43,110 nucleotides of DNA from a virus (IMGVR_UViG_3300038315_001378:1-43110); one strand, 5' to 3'. Counted from the stretch's first letter, positions 1-9,997 are shown. Translations and numbers: made by a program. Notes: generated from the letters alone by a model not told the origin.

Positions 1-345
1 GCCAAGCATTATGGCCAGAAAAGTATGACTTAAAAGAGCTAGAAGCAAAAAAAAGAGTATCAGGGCCATATTATTGGTCATCACTATATCAGCAAGAGCC
101 TATTTTAAGCGAAAATCAAGAGTTTTTAAAAAGCTGGTTTCAAAAAACTGCTTGGGAAGATGTAAAAAAACTTAAGACATATAATTATTTAACGATAGAT
201 ACGGCAATAAGTGAAAAGGCAAGTGCTGACTATACTGGCATATGCCGTAACTTTATTCACGTAACAGAGGATAACCAGATATTCTGGCATTTGTCGGCCT
301 ACAGGATACGGATCAATCCTAAGGAATTAATAGAGTTGATTTTTA
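1..345. repeat. Terminal direct repeat / assembly overlap, left copy
   Basis: 1-345 matches 42766-43110 with mismatches only near the two ends (positions 5 and 344); implies a circular unit of ~42,765 bp. Confidence 0.95.
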
Positions 346-803
346 AGCTAGACATAGAGGACAATTATTTTAAGATAGGAATTGAAAAGACTATCTATCT
401 GCAAGCAATAGAGGGTTTTATACAAGACGAGATGAGGAGGCGCAAGCACTTTATATCTATTACAGAGCTACAGCACCAGCAGACAGCTAAAGAGATTAGA
501 ATAAGAGGCTTAATCCCAGTGTACGCCAGCAATTCTATATATCATATTGAGGGTGAATGCACAGACCTAGAAGAAGAACTTTTAACCTTTCCCAAAGGCT
601 TGAGTGATGATGTAGCAGACGCTACAGCCTATCAGCTACAGCTTGCAGGCTGGGCGCAAGGGGGGATTTTAGAAGGAGAAGAAAAAAGAAGAGAAATTGC
701 GCCAGCACCACACATAGACCAATACGGCGTAATGCACGAAAAGCCAGACACTAAAAAAGTATTTGATTATCCACAAAACAAAACAGAAGATTGGAGAACA
801 TAA
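1..803 (+). CDS. terL: Terminase large subunit, C-terminal nuclease part (continues from 42048 across the junction; ~506 aa in total)
   Basis: In frame with the ORF starting at 42048 via the overlap; motifs SLYQQEP, TIDTA..ADYT, IGIE, LEEELLTFPKGLSDDVADA of the RNase H-like TerL nuclease domain. The 291 start in the ORF track is internal. Confidence 0.93.
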   Translation, partial: QALWPEKYDLKELEAKKRVSGPYYWSSLYQQEPILSENQEFLKSWFQKTAWEDVKKLKTYNYLTIDTAISEKASADYTGICRNFIHVTEDNQIFWHLSAYRIRINPKELIELIFKLDIEDNYFKIGIEKTIYLQAIEGFIQDEMRRRKHFISITELQHQQTAKEIRIRGLIPVYASNSIYHIEGECTDLEEELLTFPKGLSDDVADATAYQLQLAGWAQGGILEGEEKRREIAPAPHIDQYGVMHEKPDTKKVFDYPQNKTEDWRT

Positions 804-806
804 TTT

Positions 807-1052
807 ATGACATTTAGCTTAGGCATAATTACAGGAATTTTATTGATGATAGCGATTTTTTTAATCATTTTATATTTTAAATCAGATTTTAAACCAGAGG
901 AAAAGAAAATAAAAACAATTAATAATAAGCCTAAAAAAAAGTTAAAAGGCGGTATAATACCACCACCAGATGAATTAAGAGAGGCACAAAAAAGAATAAT
1001 TAACGAAAATAAAAAATACGGTCGTGCTACACGGCTGGAGGAATTAAGCTAA
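807..1052 (+). CDS. Small protein with N-terminal transmembrane helix
   Basis: Hydrophobic first ~24 aa followed by a Lys-rich tail. Confidence 0.7.
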   Translation: MTFSLGIITGILLMIAIFLIILYFKSDFKPEEKKIKTINNKPKKKLKGGIIPPPDELREAQKRIINENKKYGRATRLEELS

Positions 1053-1056
1053 AATT

Positions 1057-1511
1057 ATGATTAAATATTTTTGCGATAAATGCGATAAAGAAACTAAAGA
1101 ATACGAAATGGACGGCGATAATGTTAGTAATATTATTTGCCGTGCTTGCTTGCCAAGCTCAAAAAAAAAAGTAAAAAACAACAAGACTTAACAATAAAGC
1201 CAGTTGCAGGCAGTTGGTCAAGGCGCGCTAATGTAGAGCGGAAGCATTATCACGGAGATATTTTACAGCCGTTTACTGGCAAGGGGCATGTCAATCCTCT
1301 TTTTGTGCAAGTATATGGAGCAGGGCTTTATGGCAAAGAGTTTGGCAGGAAAGATATTACAGAGCATTATATTAAAAGAGGAACAACAAGAGAGAGAAAG
1401 GCTACAATAGCCTCTATGCGAACTGGAAAAATGAAGCCATCACAGCATTTAGGCTATGATGTGCCATACAAAAAAGGGGATAGACCACAAACGCATAATA
1501 TTAAAAAATGA
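1057..1511 (+). CDS. Zn-finger hypothetical protein split by a frameshift at an A10 tract (1057-1191 plus frame of 1137-1511)
   Basis: ATG 1057 gives MIKYFCDKCDK...ICRAC and stops at 1191; the downstream frame has only a TTG start and joins if one A is added at 1161-1170. Confidence 0.55.
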
Positions 1512-1717
1512 TTAAAATAATCAAATACACATTAAGTCAAACAGAAAGGAGTTTATCCTTACAGCCAGAGAACTTGCGCTGTAATGGTTGCGGAAAATTG
1601 CTTTTTAGATACAGTGGCTTGACAGGTGGCGAAATAGTGATAAAATGTAATGGATGGAATAAGAATTTAAAAATCAAATGCGGAAGATTAAATAGGATTA
1701 AATTTACAAATCAATAA
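1508..1717 (+). CDS. Mu Com-like zinc-ribbon regulatory protein
   Basis: LRCNGCGKLLF...IVIKC...KCGRLN matches the Com-family pattern RCxxCxKLL...IKC..C. Confidence 0.7.
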   Translation: MIKIIKYTLSQTERSLSLQPENLRCNGCGKLLFRYSGLTGGEIVIKCNGWNKNLKIKCGRLNRIKFTNQ

Positions 1718-1724
1718 AATTAAA

Positions 1725-1770
1725 ATGCCTTAGAGCATAAAAAAGAGGGTTTTTAAACGCCTTAGAGCGT
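1725..1770 (+). promoter_or_regulatory. Tandem hexaloop hairpins (loop CTTAGA), putative Com-like protein binding sites
   Basis: ATGC-CTTAGA-GCAT (1725-1738) and ACGC-CTTAGA-GCGT (1757-1770): same loop, compensatory stem change. Confidence 0.55.
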
Positions 1771-1777
1771 ACCAACC

Positions 1778-1820
1778 AACCCCAAGTAGCTATTATTAGC
1801 ACTTGGGGTTTTTATTTTAT
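1778..1820 (+). terminator. Intrinsic terminator/attenuator directly upstream of portal
   Basis: AACCCCAAGT...ACTTGGGGTT stem followed by a T-rich run; 7 nt before the portal ATG. Confidence 0.7.
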
Positions 1821-1827
1821 AAAAAAT

Positions 1828-3684
1828 ATGTCTTTAGCAAGCGGGTTTAGAACACTTGGGAAAAAGATCAATAAAAGTTTTGGACGAAACAGAAAAGAAA
1901 CCCAAGAGGGGGTTATTTCCGATTTACAAGAAAAAATCACTATTGATACAGAACATGAGAAGCTTTTAGAAATTACTCAAAAATGGGAGCAGAACTGGAT
2001 CGCCGAGGCTGGAGAGATGATCAAAAGACAAAAAGAGAATGAGGACTACTGGCGAGGCAAACAGTTCCATCCAAGCTTAAACTTAAATGAAGATAGGCCG
2101 TTAATGGATAATCTGTTATTTGAAGCCTTAGAGACTTTTTTGCCTATCGCGACAGCGCAGAACCCAGAGCCAGTTGTTCAATCTGATGAGACCACAGACG
2201 GTGAGATGATAAAAGATATTTTTAAAGATTTATTAGTATTTCACGCGGATAGATTAAGAATAAGATTAAGATTAAAAAAAGTAGCAAGATTTTGGGCGTT
2301 ATATTTATTAGGAGTGGTTAAGGTTGGATGGAGTGCTCAACAGAATGATTTAGCAGTTGTTCCTTTGCGTCCGCAAAAGCTTATATTAGAACCAGACGCG
2401 ATAATTAATGATGATATGGAATACACAGGCACGTATATTGGCGAATATAGAGAAGATAGCGCGGGAGATTTAATGAAGAAATTTAAAAAGAAAAAATCTT
2501 TTATAAGCCAATTAGTAGAAAAACAAAAAGGTACAATGACGCGCTATGTAGAGTGGTGGACTGATGAGGTGGTGTTCTGGACTATGGGAGACGAGGTTTT
2601 AGACATTAAAGATAATCCATATTTTGCTACAGAAGAAACAGAACAGACCAGAACAGATAATCAAGGGCAGGAAGCAACGCTTAAAATACCTCCTCTTAAT
2701 CATTTCGCGACCCCTAAAAAACCATATGTTTTTTTATCAATTTATGGATTAAATAAGCGTCCATATGATGAAACAAGTTTATTTGAGCAAAATCTTGCCT
2801 TGCAGGACATGGCAAATAAGAGGTTAAGGCAGATTGATAAAAATGTTGATTATATGAATGGAGGGTGGGGAGTATCAGGCGAATTATCAGGATTGACCAA
2901 ACAGGAAGCAGCGCAAGCTATAGATGCAACACGCAAAGGAGGCGGTATTTATGTGCCTAAAGGCAATATTAACGAGGCAGTAACCAAGTTTTCAGGCAAC
3001 CCATTGCCCGGTGATGTGTACCAGTCTTTATTGGATTATAGAAATGAAATTAGAAACATCTTTGGTATTAGAGGATCAACCCCAGAGGGTATTGCGGGGG
3101 AGAAAACAGTACGAGGAAAAATAATTACTAAAGGACAAGACCAAGGAAGAATAGGGGGGGGGATTAGTGAATATTTAGAGCAGTTTGCTGATAATGTCTA
3201 TAACTGGTTTGTGCAGATAATGTATGTCTATTACACGCGGAAAGATGTATCAAGGATTTTAGGCAGAGACAAAGCTAAACTATATGACCAATTATTAATA
3301 TTAAGCCATAACAGAACATTAACTGTTAGCGTAAAAGAGGGTTCGCTTATACCAAAAGACGATTTGACAAAAAGAAATGAAGCCATAGACCTATGGGGAG
3401 CAGGCGCGCTTGATCCAATTACTTTATTTAAAAGATTAGATTTCGCAGACCCAGAAGAAGCTGCTAAAAAATTATTTATTTGGCAAAACGCGCCGCAAAT
3501 GCTGTTTCAAGGAGATCAGGAAGTTGAACAGATTATGCAGGCAGCGGCACAGCAACAGCAAGAAGCTCAAGCCCAAGAAGCACCAGCCCAAAACACAGGT
3601 AAAAAGCAGGTGGGTAAAGCAATAGCAGAAGCACCAAAAGCAGGTACTCCGCCAAGCGCGAGTTTATCCCAAGTACCTTTATAA
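1828..3684 (+). CDS. Portal protein
   Basis: 618 aa, between terminase and scaffold/capsid; YWRGKQ, DNLLFEALET, GVVKVGW motifs and Q-rich C-terminal tail as in P22-like portals. Confidence 0.85.
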   Translation: MSLASGFRTLGKKINKSFGRNRKETQEGVISDLQEKITIDTEHEKLLEITQKWEQNWIAEAGEMIKRQKENEDYWRGKQFHPSLNLNEDRPLMDNLLFEALETFLPIATAQNPEPVVQSDETTDGEMIKDIFKDLLVFHADRLRIRLRLKKVARFWALYLLGVVKVGWSAQQNDLAVVPLRPQKLILEPDAIINDDMEYTGTYIGEYREDSAGDLMKKFKKKKSFISQLVEKQKGTMTRYVEWWTDEVVFWTMGDEVLDIKDNPYFATEETEQTRTDNQGQEATLKIPPLNHFATPKKPYVFLSIYGLNKRPYDETSLFEQNLALQDMANKRLRQIDKNVDYMNGGWGVSGELSGLTKQEAAQAIDATRKGGGIYVPKGNINEAVTKFSGNPLPGDVYQSLLDYRNEIRNIFGIRGSTPEGIAGEKTVRGKIITKGQDQGRIGGGISEYLEQFADNVYNWFVQIMYVYYTRKDVSRILGRDKAKLYDQLLILSHNRTLTVSVKEGSLIPKDDLTKRNEAIDLWGAGALDPITLFKRLDFADPEEAAKKLFIWQNAPQMLFQGDQEVEQIMQAAAQQQQEAQAQEAPAQNTGKKQVGKAIAEAPKAGTPPSASLSQVPL

Positions 3685-3733
3685 AATAATATAAGTCGTT
3701 CGTAACCCGACATAAAATAAAGTTTCGCAATTT

Positions 3734-4540
3734 ATGAAAAATGATATTTTCGCGGATATACCAGAAGAGGGAAAGACTGATTTAGATAATGTCTTTTCTT
3801 CTCTGGACAAGGAGAAAGAAACTTCTACTCCTTCGCGAGGAGGAAAAAAACAAAAAGAAACAGAGAAAAAGCCCTCGCGGGCTGATAGTAAAAAAACAGC
3901 GAAAAAAAAATTAGCTCCGTTTCATCAACATCCCCGCTGGATAGAAATGCAGTCAAAGCTCAAAAACAAGGATAGCAGCATAGATAACCTTACTACCCAG
4001 CTAAAGGATTTAAAGTCTCAATTTAGTAAAATTGAGCAGGGTTCCCAGCCAACCTCAATACCTCAATGGTTTAGCGACAGATTTGGTGAAGATGAGTCGG
4101 CTTGGCGTGAATTTAGTTCTTATCGAAACAAGCAAAAACAAGAGATTAAACAAGAAATTTTAAAAGATCAACAGGACAAAAACAAAGAAAACGAAAAAGA
4201 AATTAGTAAGAATGAAGAATTTGTTAATGAACAAATAAGTTTATTAGCAGATCAAGGACACGAATTTTTACTAACTAAAAATGGACGAAATGAATTTCTA
4301 AAATTTGCTACAAAATTTCCAGTAACTAATGCTGATCTAAAATTAGACTTTCCTAAGATTGCCAAGCTTTATCAATCGCAAAAGCAATTAAAGGACAGCA
4401 AGAGCAACAAGGAAAAAGATAAGAAAAAGAAAATTGCCGCCAAAGCTGGTTCTAGCCAAAAAGCTGAATCTAACAAGCCAAAGTCTTTAACTTCGGCTAA
4501 ATTAAGAGGGAAAAGCTGGAGGGATTTTGTTAAAAACTAA
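3734..4540 (+). CDS. Capsid scaffolding protein (putative)
   Basis: Charged coiled-coil protein with PFHQHPRW motif, located between portal and capsid. Confidence 0.7.
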   Translation: MKNDIFADIPEEGKTDLDNVFSSLDKEKETSTPSRGGKKQKETEKKPSRADSKKTAKKKLAPFHQHPRWIEMQSKLKNKDSSIDNLTTQLKDLKSQFSKIEQGSQPTSIPQWFSDRFGEDESAWREFSSYRNKQKQEIKQEILKDQQDKNKENEKEISKNEEFVNEQISLLADQGHEFLLTKNGRNEFLKFATKFPVTNADLKLDFPKIAKLYQSQKQLKDSKSNKEKDKKKKIAAKAGSSQKAESNKPKSLTSAKLRGKSWRDFVKN

Positions 4541-4576
4541 GTCGTAAAATCTCTTTTTAATTAATATACTTATTAT

Positions 4577-5608
4577 ATGGCAATTACTTTAGGAGCTCGT
4601 ATAACAACTACTACGCAGGATTTTTTCTTGCCAAAAGTGGTAGATACTATTTTAAACGGAAATGTATTTTTGACCAGAATGCTTAGAGCGGCGAAAGAAT
4701 GGCGCGGCAATCAGATTAAGAAACCTGTTAAATATCAAAAAGGTGTAGCAGGCGGTTCTTTTTCAGGGCTTGATACCTTTTCTACAGAAGTCTCTAACAC
4801 TCGCGTTAATTTGGTTTATGATCCAGCTTTCTACGAAATCGGTGTTAATATTCCTTTGACAGAAATTTGGACAAATAGTGCTAACTCACAAGAACAAGTG
4901 CTTGATTTAATTGATCTGGAAATAGAGTCTCGCGCTCAAGACGGAGCAGATGAGCTTGGCACTATGGCTTATGGTGATGGTACTGGCAACTCGTCTAAAG
5001 ACCTTTTAGGATTAGAAGCAATTGTTGATGACTCAACAAATGTAACTACTATTGGCGGACTTTCCCGATCAACTTATACCACTTTACAGTCAACAGTTAC
5101 AGCATCAGGCGGAACTTTGACTTTAGCTAAAATGGATACTTTATTTAGCGCGATTACATCAGGTTCACAAAAGCCGTCTATAGGCTATACAACTGAAACT
5201 GTATGGGATTTAGTAGGACAATTATTTACTTCGCAGGAGAGAATTAATAAAGATGTGCAAATGATTAAAGGCGGAATCACTGTAGGCGGAGGAGCAGTCG
5301 CGGTTGTTTATAAAGGCGTGCCGATTTTATCAGACGAGAAAGCAACCTCTGGAGTCTTGTATCTTCTTAATGAAGATTATATGGACTTTTTCGCAATGAG
5401 TACGAAAGAAGGAACAGAGCCAGTGAATTTCAGCTCGCAGATTGAAGGAAATGATTATAAAGCTCCAATGGGATTAGGGTTTAGCTGGAGTGGTTGGATC
5501 AAACCAAGCAATGCGGCAGCTTTAATCGGACACTTGTATCTAGGCGGTGAACTTATCTCTTGGAACTTTAAACGACACGGTAAACTAACAGGAGTAACAG
5601 GAATTTAA
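4577..5608 (+). CDS. Major capsid protein
   Basis: 343 aa after scaffold; YGDGTGN..KDLLGLEAIVD, TIGGLSRS, YKGVPILSDE and C-terminal RHGKLTGV pattern; followed by a hairpin. Confidence 0.85.
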   Translation: MAITLGARITTTTQDFFLPKVVDTILNGNVFLTRMLRAAKEWRGNQIKKPVKYQKGVAGGSFSGLDTFSTEVSNTRVNLVYDPAFYEIGVNIPLTEIWTNSANSQEQVLDLIDLEIESRAQDGADELGTMAYGDGTGNSSKDLLGLEAIVDDSTNVTTIGGLSRSTYTTLQSTVTASGGTLTLAKMDTLFSAITSGSQKPSIGYTTETVWDLVGQLFTSQERINKDVQMIKGGITVGGGAVAVVYKGVPILSDEKATSGVLYLLNEDYMDFFAMSTKEGTEPVNFSSQIEGNDYKAPMGLGFSWSGWIKPSNAAALIGHLYLGGELISWNFKRHGKLTGVTGI

Positions 5609-5621
5609 TTTTAGCAGTTTT

Positions 5622-5649
5622 GGCGGTTTCTGATTTGTAAAAAACCGCC
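5622..5649 (+). terminator. Stem-loop after capsid gene
   Basis: GGCGGTTT...AAACCGCC inverted repeat. Confidence 0.55.
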
Positions 5650-5730
5650 TTAAAATTAACTACATTGCTTCGCCTTTTACCTTGCTTTTAGACAGGAGAG
5701 GGAAAAATACAATGGAAGCAATATAAATTT

Positions 5731-6708
5731 ATGGCAGGAAAAGCTAGTGATTTTATACCAGCTTTAAAATATGGAAATAAGATACATCCAGAAGATTTAG
5801 CAGGAATGGTCGGGCTGCCTCATGTTGGCAATGTTTATTATGTTGATCCAACTAATGGTTCTGACACTGCTAACGCGGGAAAGCAATGGAATGATGCTTT
5901 TGCAAGCGTTGGACAATTTGAGTCAACCGCGACTGACAATAATTATGATGTTTGTATTTTGGCTCCCGGACTACACGCCGCGTCTGATGAAACATCAGCA
6001 ATTACTTGGGAAAAAGATCATCTAAGTTTAGTTGGCAATGTTGCTCCAGTTGGAATATCCCAAAGAGCAAGAGTATTGGCCAATACTTCTGTATCTCCAA
6101 TGATTACTGTATCAGGATATGGAAATAACTTTAAGAATGTGCAGTTGGCTAGTTGGAATGATAATAATATCTTAATGACTGTAACAGGTTCTCGTAATTA
6201 TTTTAGCAATGTGCATTTTGCTGGAATTGGAAACGCGACTACAGGAGATGACACAGCAGCTCGTGTTCTATATATGAATGGAGCGCAAGAGTGCAGGTTT
6301 GATGATTGTGTATTTGGGGTTGATACTGTAATGCGTTCAACAACAAACGCCACAGTTGAGTTTGCGTCTTCTGCTTCAAGAAATAGATTTTTTGAATGTG
6401 AGTTTATTATGGCAGCTGATAATGTTGGGCCAAACCATATTCTTCTAACTGGATCATCAGCCATTGATAGATGGTTAAGATTCCATAACTGTTCTTGGTA
6501 TTCTTTCTGGACTAATGATTCGGATAAAGTAACTCATGTGATTGACGCGGCAGCGCAAACTGCTACAGGACATATTAGAATGACAGGCTCAAATGATATG
6601 GTTGGATTTGATGATTGGGAGGCAGCTAATTCAAGCAAAGTATGGTTTCAAGGTTATACTAATACTTCTAATGTAGTTGGAATAGCTATTAACCCATCTG
6701 TGAGCTAA
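5731..6708 (+). CDS. Virion protein with predicted pectin-lyase-like beta-helix
   Basis: VYYVDPTNGSD..AGKQWNDAFASV start and periodic N/F/C beta-helix-like repeats. Confidence 0.65.
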   Translation: MAGKASDFIPALKYGNKIHPEDLAGMVGLPHVGNVYYVDPTNGSDTANAGKQWNDAFASVGQFESTATDNNYDVCILAPGLHAASDETSAITWEKDHLSLVGNVAPVGISQRARVLANTSVSPMITVSGYGNNFKNVQLASWNDNNILMTVTGSRNYFSNVHFAGIGNATTGDDTAARVLYMNGAQECRFDDCVFGVDTVMRSTTNATVEFASSASRNRFFECEFIMAADNVGPNHILLTGSSAIDRWLRFHNCSWYSFWTNDSDKVTHVIDAAAQTATGHIRMTGSNDMVGFDDWEAANSSKVWFQGYTNTSNVVGIAINPSVS

Positions 6709-6791
6709 TAAAAGGTCGTTATAATAATTTAATTTTAATCATTTTGTTTTTAACGATTTGTAAAAATTGTTAAAAACAAATACTTATCTAT

Positions 6792-7514
6792 ATGGCAACT
6801 CGTTTAACAGGCCCAGTTCTCGTTTCTGCTGCTGAAATTTTTTCTTCTTCTTCTAACCAAGAGCATGATTTAGGCGCGCTGGCAATTTCTGCTGATGGAA
6901 GAAAATATCGCTATCAGCTAGCAGGAGGCACTGCTTTGGTGCCGGGCAAGCTTCAGCAAGCTCCAGCAGAGATAACTAATCACCAAGACTTAACCGCGAC
7001 AGCGGCTTCCGCGATTGGGGACACTACAATCAATGTAACTTTAGGCGCGACAGAAGCAACAGCTAATCAGTACGCGGGAGGATATTTAATGGTTACTACT
7101 ACTCCGGGACAAGGCTATCAGTACAAGATTAAGAGCAATCCAGCAGCAGATGCTTCCGCCGCGATAGTGATTACTCTTGCTGATCCAATTAAAGTAGCTT
7201 TAACCACTTCTTCAGTTGTTGATTTGGTTTTAAGTCCTTATTCTGGAACACTTGTACTGCCAACAACTGCCAGTTCTGCTCCCACAGGGGTTGCTGTTCA
7301 TCCGACAGTAGCTTCTGAATATGGATGGATACAAACAGGCGGGCCAGCTTGTATTCTCGCGAATAACGCGATTACAGTTGGCGTTAATGTTTCAGCTTCC
7401 AATGGAGTAGCAGGATCAGTTGAGGCAGCAGTAACAGCTCAAGCAGCTATTGGTTATGCTATTACAGGAATCGCGGACGCGGAGTATGGCGCGATTTACT
7501 TGACAATAGATTAA
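6792..7514 (+). CDS. Capsid decoration/cement-like structural protein
   Basis: Ala/Thr/Gly-rich; DGRKYRY and YGWIQTGG motifs; near capsid gene. Confidence 0.6.
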   Translation: MATRLTGPVLVSAAEIFSSSSNQEHDLGALAISADGRKYRYQLAGGTALVPGKLQQAPAEITNHQDLTATAASAIGDTTINVTLGATEATANQYAGGYLMVTTTPGQGYQYKIKSNPAADASAAIVITLADPIKVALTTSSVVDLVLSPYSGTLVLPTTASSAPTGVAVHPTVASEYGWIQTGGPACILANNAITVGVNVSASNGVAGSVEAAVTAQAAIGYAITGIADAEYGAIYLTID

Positions 7515-7526
7515 ATCTTTCAAGGC

Positions 7527-7555
7527 TTAGGGGCTGTGCCTTAAACAGCCCCTAA
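7527..7555 (+). terminator. Stem-loop terminator
   Basis: TTAGGGGCTGT-GCCTTAA-ACAGCCCCTAA perfect 11-bp stem. Confidence 0.6.
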
Positions 7556-7610
7556 ACTAAAAAATATGTGTTCTAAAGCGATAATTAGTTTTAGAGACAT
7601 GTAATCTACT

Positions 7611-7802
7611 ATGGACAACAAAAAAGAAAAAAAGGTTTTAGTTCAAAATCTAACAGGCGGTGAGATTGAAGATGTAGATGGAAATGTAGTTTTGGAGGCG
7701 GGAGAGATAAAAAAAGTATCTAAAAACGAAGCTAAAGAACTAAAAGCTCAATATCCCAATTTTATTGGAGACGCGGAAGAAGTAAAAGTTAAAAAAAAGT
7801 AA
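7611..7802 (+). CDS. Small hypothetical protein
   Basis: ATG-started 63-aa ORF in the structural operon. Confidence 0.65.
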   Translation: MDNKKEKKVLVQNLTGGEIEDVDGNVVLEAGEIKKVSKNEAKELKAQYPNFIGDAEEVKVKKK

Positions 7803-7868
7803 ATAAAAACAAAGAAAAAGAAATGGGTGCTAATTTTGCTGGCTTCACCCACAGCAAAAAATACAATT

Positions 7869-8378
7869 ATGAGAAGATCAGAACAAAACAAAGCGCTTGA
7901 ATTGGAACGGGCGCGACCTGTAAAATTTACCAATTTTTCCAATGAAAAATTTTCACATTCTTTTGGCAGCGTAATTTATACCTTTAATCCGCAAGAAACA
8001 ATAATGCTTGAGTTCTATAAGGCTGAATTGTTTAGTAAGCATTTAATAGACAGAGAAATAATCAAATTAGAGAAAGACGAAAAAGGCAATGATTTGAAAG
8101 TAAGCAATCATGAAATCAGAACAAAATTAATGGCAAAATGCTTAGAAGACTCTCAAACCAAAGCTCAAAGCGTTGAGGAAATTAAAAGCGAATTGATGAA
8201 TAAAAATACTACAGTTAATTCAGAAGTTCAGCCGCAAATAACAGAGCGGGAAATTTTAGAGCAAAAAGCATTGCAGATGAGACAAGAGGGAACGCATTGG
8301 AAGATCGTGGAGACCACAACAGGTGTAACAGCTAGTCGCCAAAAAGAATTAATACAAAGTAAGTCTTTAGATGAATGA
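7869..8378 (+). CDS. Hypothetical protein
   Basis: ORF 7827-8378; ATG at 7869 after an AT-rich leader is the more likely start. Confidence 0.65.
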   Translation: MRRSEQNKALELERARPVKFTNFSNEKFSHSFGSVIYTFNPQETIMLEFYKAELFSKHLIDREIIKLEKDEKGNDLKVSNHEIRTKLMAKCLEDSQTKAQSVEEIKSELMNKNTTVNSEVQPQITEREILEQKALQMRQEGTHWKIVETTTGVTASRQKELIQSKSLDE

Positions 8379-8412
8379 CAAGCGACCATTTGAGGGTTTG
8401 CGATAAAAAATT

Positions 8413-9588
8413 ATGGCAGATCAAATAGCTTTAAGAGATGCTAATAGAATTACTACTCTTTTAGCTGAAGCAAAAGATTTTGACGGATCAGCCTTGCCAA
8501 ACACAGTATCAGAAGGAGAAATAGTAAGAGTTGCCGCAACCATGTCTGGGATAGTTTTTACTATGCCTGTTAATGAAGATGGCAGCAAGACTTTAGTTTT
8601 GACTGAAGATGCTCAACACGCAAGCGGTGATCCGGGTGTGCAACTACTAGCAGTGCGTAATGATACACTTGCAGCTTTAGCTGGTACTGATGGTGATTAT
8701 GCGCCACTACAAGTTGACGCAAGCGGCGCGCTTTATGTTTCTATTTCAGGAGAAACGATTGATTTAGATGTAGAAGGCGCGGCAGCGCATGACGCGGCTG
8801 TAACAGGCAATCCTTTACAGATAGCTTTTGAAAGCGCGCAAATTGACGGGAGTGCCTTGTCCAACGCGGTAAACGCGGAAGGTGATGTAACACGCCCTAA
8901 AGTTTCACAAGAAGGTGTAGTAATTGTAACTCTAGCCCAAGAAGACGGCTCAAACTCTCCTATAATAGCACACGACACAGCAATAGCATCAGGGTTTGGC
9001 GGTTCGGTTTTAATTCAAGGAATGGAAGCAAGAGACTTTGACGGAGCAGCTATTTCTACTGCTGTAGCAGAGGGCGACGCGGTAAGACCAATAGCTTCTT
9101 TAAATGGAGTGCAGTATATGAAGCTAATATCAGAAGACGGCTCGCAATCAGTTGAAGATGAAGTTAATAATGCTATAAATGTTCAGGAAATTGCAAATAC
9201 TAGAGATAATACAAACGGCGGAGTAGTTGTGCAGGCCGCGACAGCTCCAGCAGATAACAACGAAAATCAAATAGGCGGCAATATAGATGTAAGCAATGTT
9301 AAAGGCATTGGTGTCTCTTCTGTTTATGTAAAGGGTGATGAGACTAAAGTAACTTATACTTTTTATGGGCTGCTTCGGGCAGGCGGTGCTGCAATACCAA
9401 TTCCAAAACCTTGGGCAACAGGAGCAAACGCCACATCAACACTTAACACTTTTGACCAGACAGCTAGTGCTACAGACTCTTGGGATTTAGATGTCGCGCG
9501 GTTTAAAGAGTTTCAGATAAAAGCAATTATGAGCGACGGAACTCCTACGGGCACAATTGCTGTTGAAATCCGCACCTATAACAACTAA
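8413..9588 (+). CDS. Acidic fibre/spike-like structural protein with three internal repeats
   Basis: Three copies of E..D(F/I)DG.A....V.EG...R......G........EDGS. Confidence 0.6.
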   Translation: MADQIALRDANRITTLLAEAKDFDGSALPNTVSEGEIVRVAATMSGIVFTMPVNEDGSKTLVLTEDAQHASGDPGVQLLAVRNDTLAALAGTDGDYAPLQVDASGALYVSISGETIDLDVEGAAAHDAAVTGNPLQIAFESAQIDGSALSNAVNAEGDVTRPKVSQEGVVIVTLAQEDGSNSPIIAHDTAIASGFGGSVLIQGMEARDFDGAAISTAVAEGDAVRPIASLNGVQYMKLISEDGSQSVEDEVNNAINVQEIANTRDNTNGGVVVQAATAPADNNENQIGGNIDVSNVKGIGVSSVYVKGDETKVTYTFYGLLRAGGAAIPIPKPWATGANATSTLNTFDQTASATDSWDLDVARFKEFQIKAIMSDGTPTGTIAVEIRTYNN

Positions 9589-9691
9589 TTTTACAATAGA
9601 GAATTGCCAATTTTCTATTCAAAGAATAGCTTAATTAGACATAACCCAGCAGGCTTATTCGAGGGACTAAGCCTGCTGGACTCTCGAGCTT

Positions 9692-9985
9692 ATGAAATAT
9701 TATCGCAAAACCTCACTGATTTTTGACTCCGCGCCGAAAGTTAAAACACCATCCGCGCAAGATTTAACTGATTTAGAAAAGGCTATTTTAGATTTTATTG
9801 ATACTGGAGTTAAAACTGATGATGAGATTATGAAAGAAATATTAGTAAATCAAACATACGCCTCTGGAAAAGGCGCGACTGGCAATGATGTTATTGCTGC
9901 TTTAAAAAGCTTAGAAAGTGATGCCGCGCTTGAAACTTCTGTAAGAAGTGATGGCAAGTTTTTAGAGCCTGTTGAGGAGGAATAA
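9692..9985 (+). CDS. Hypothetical protein
   Basis: 97-aa ORF in operon. Confidence 0.65.
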   Translation: MKYYRKTSLIFDSAPKVKTPSAQDLTDLEKAILDFIDTGVKTDDEIMKEILVNQTYASGKGATGNDVIAALKSLESDAALETSVRSDGKFLEPVEEE

Positions 9986-9997
9986 TTAACTTTAATT

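Noticed and set aside
1-345. Biological terminal repeats of the virion DNA
   Set aside because: The repeat falls in the middle of terL and is more simply an assembly overlap of a circular or permuted genome
2630-2650. Spacer 1 partial match to portal (CAGAAGAAACAG); similar 10-12-nt matches for spacers 3 and 6 at 2881 and 7815
   Set aside because: Short matches expected by chance in AT-rich 43 kb; the first guide base mismatches in each case and I saw no shared flanking motif
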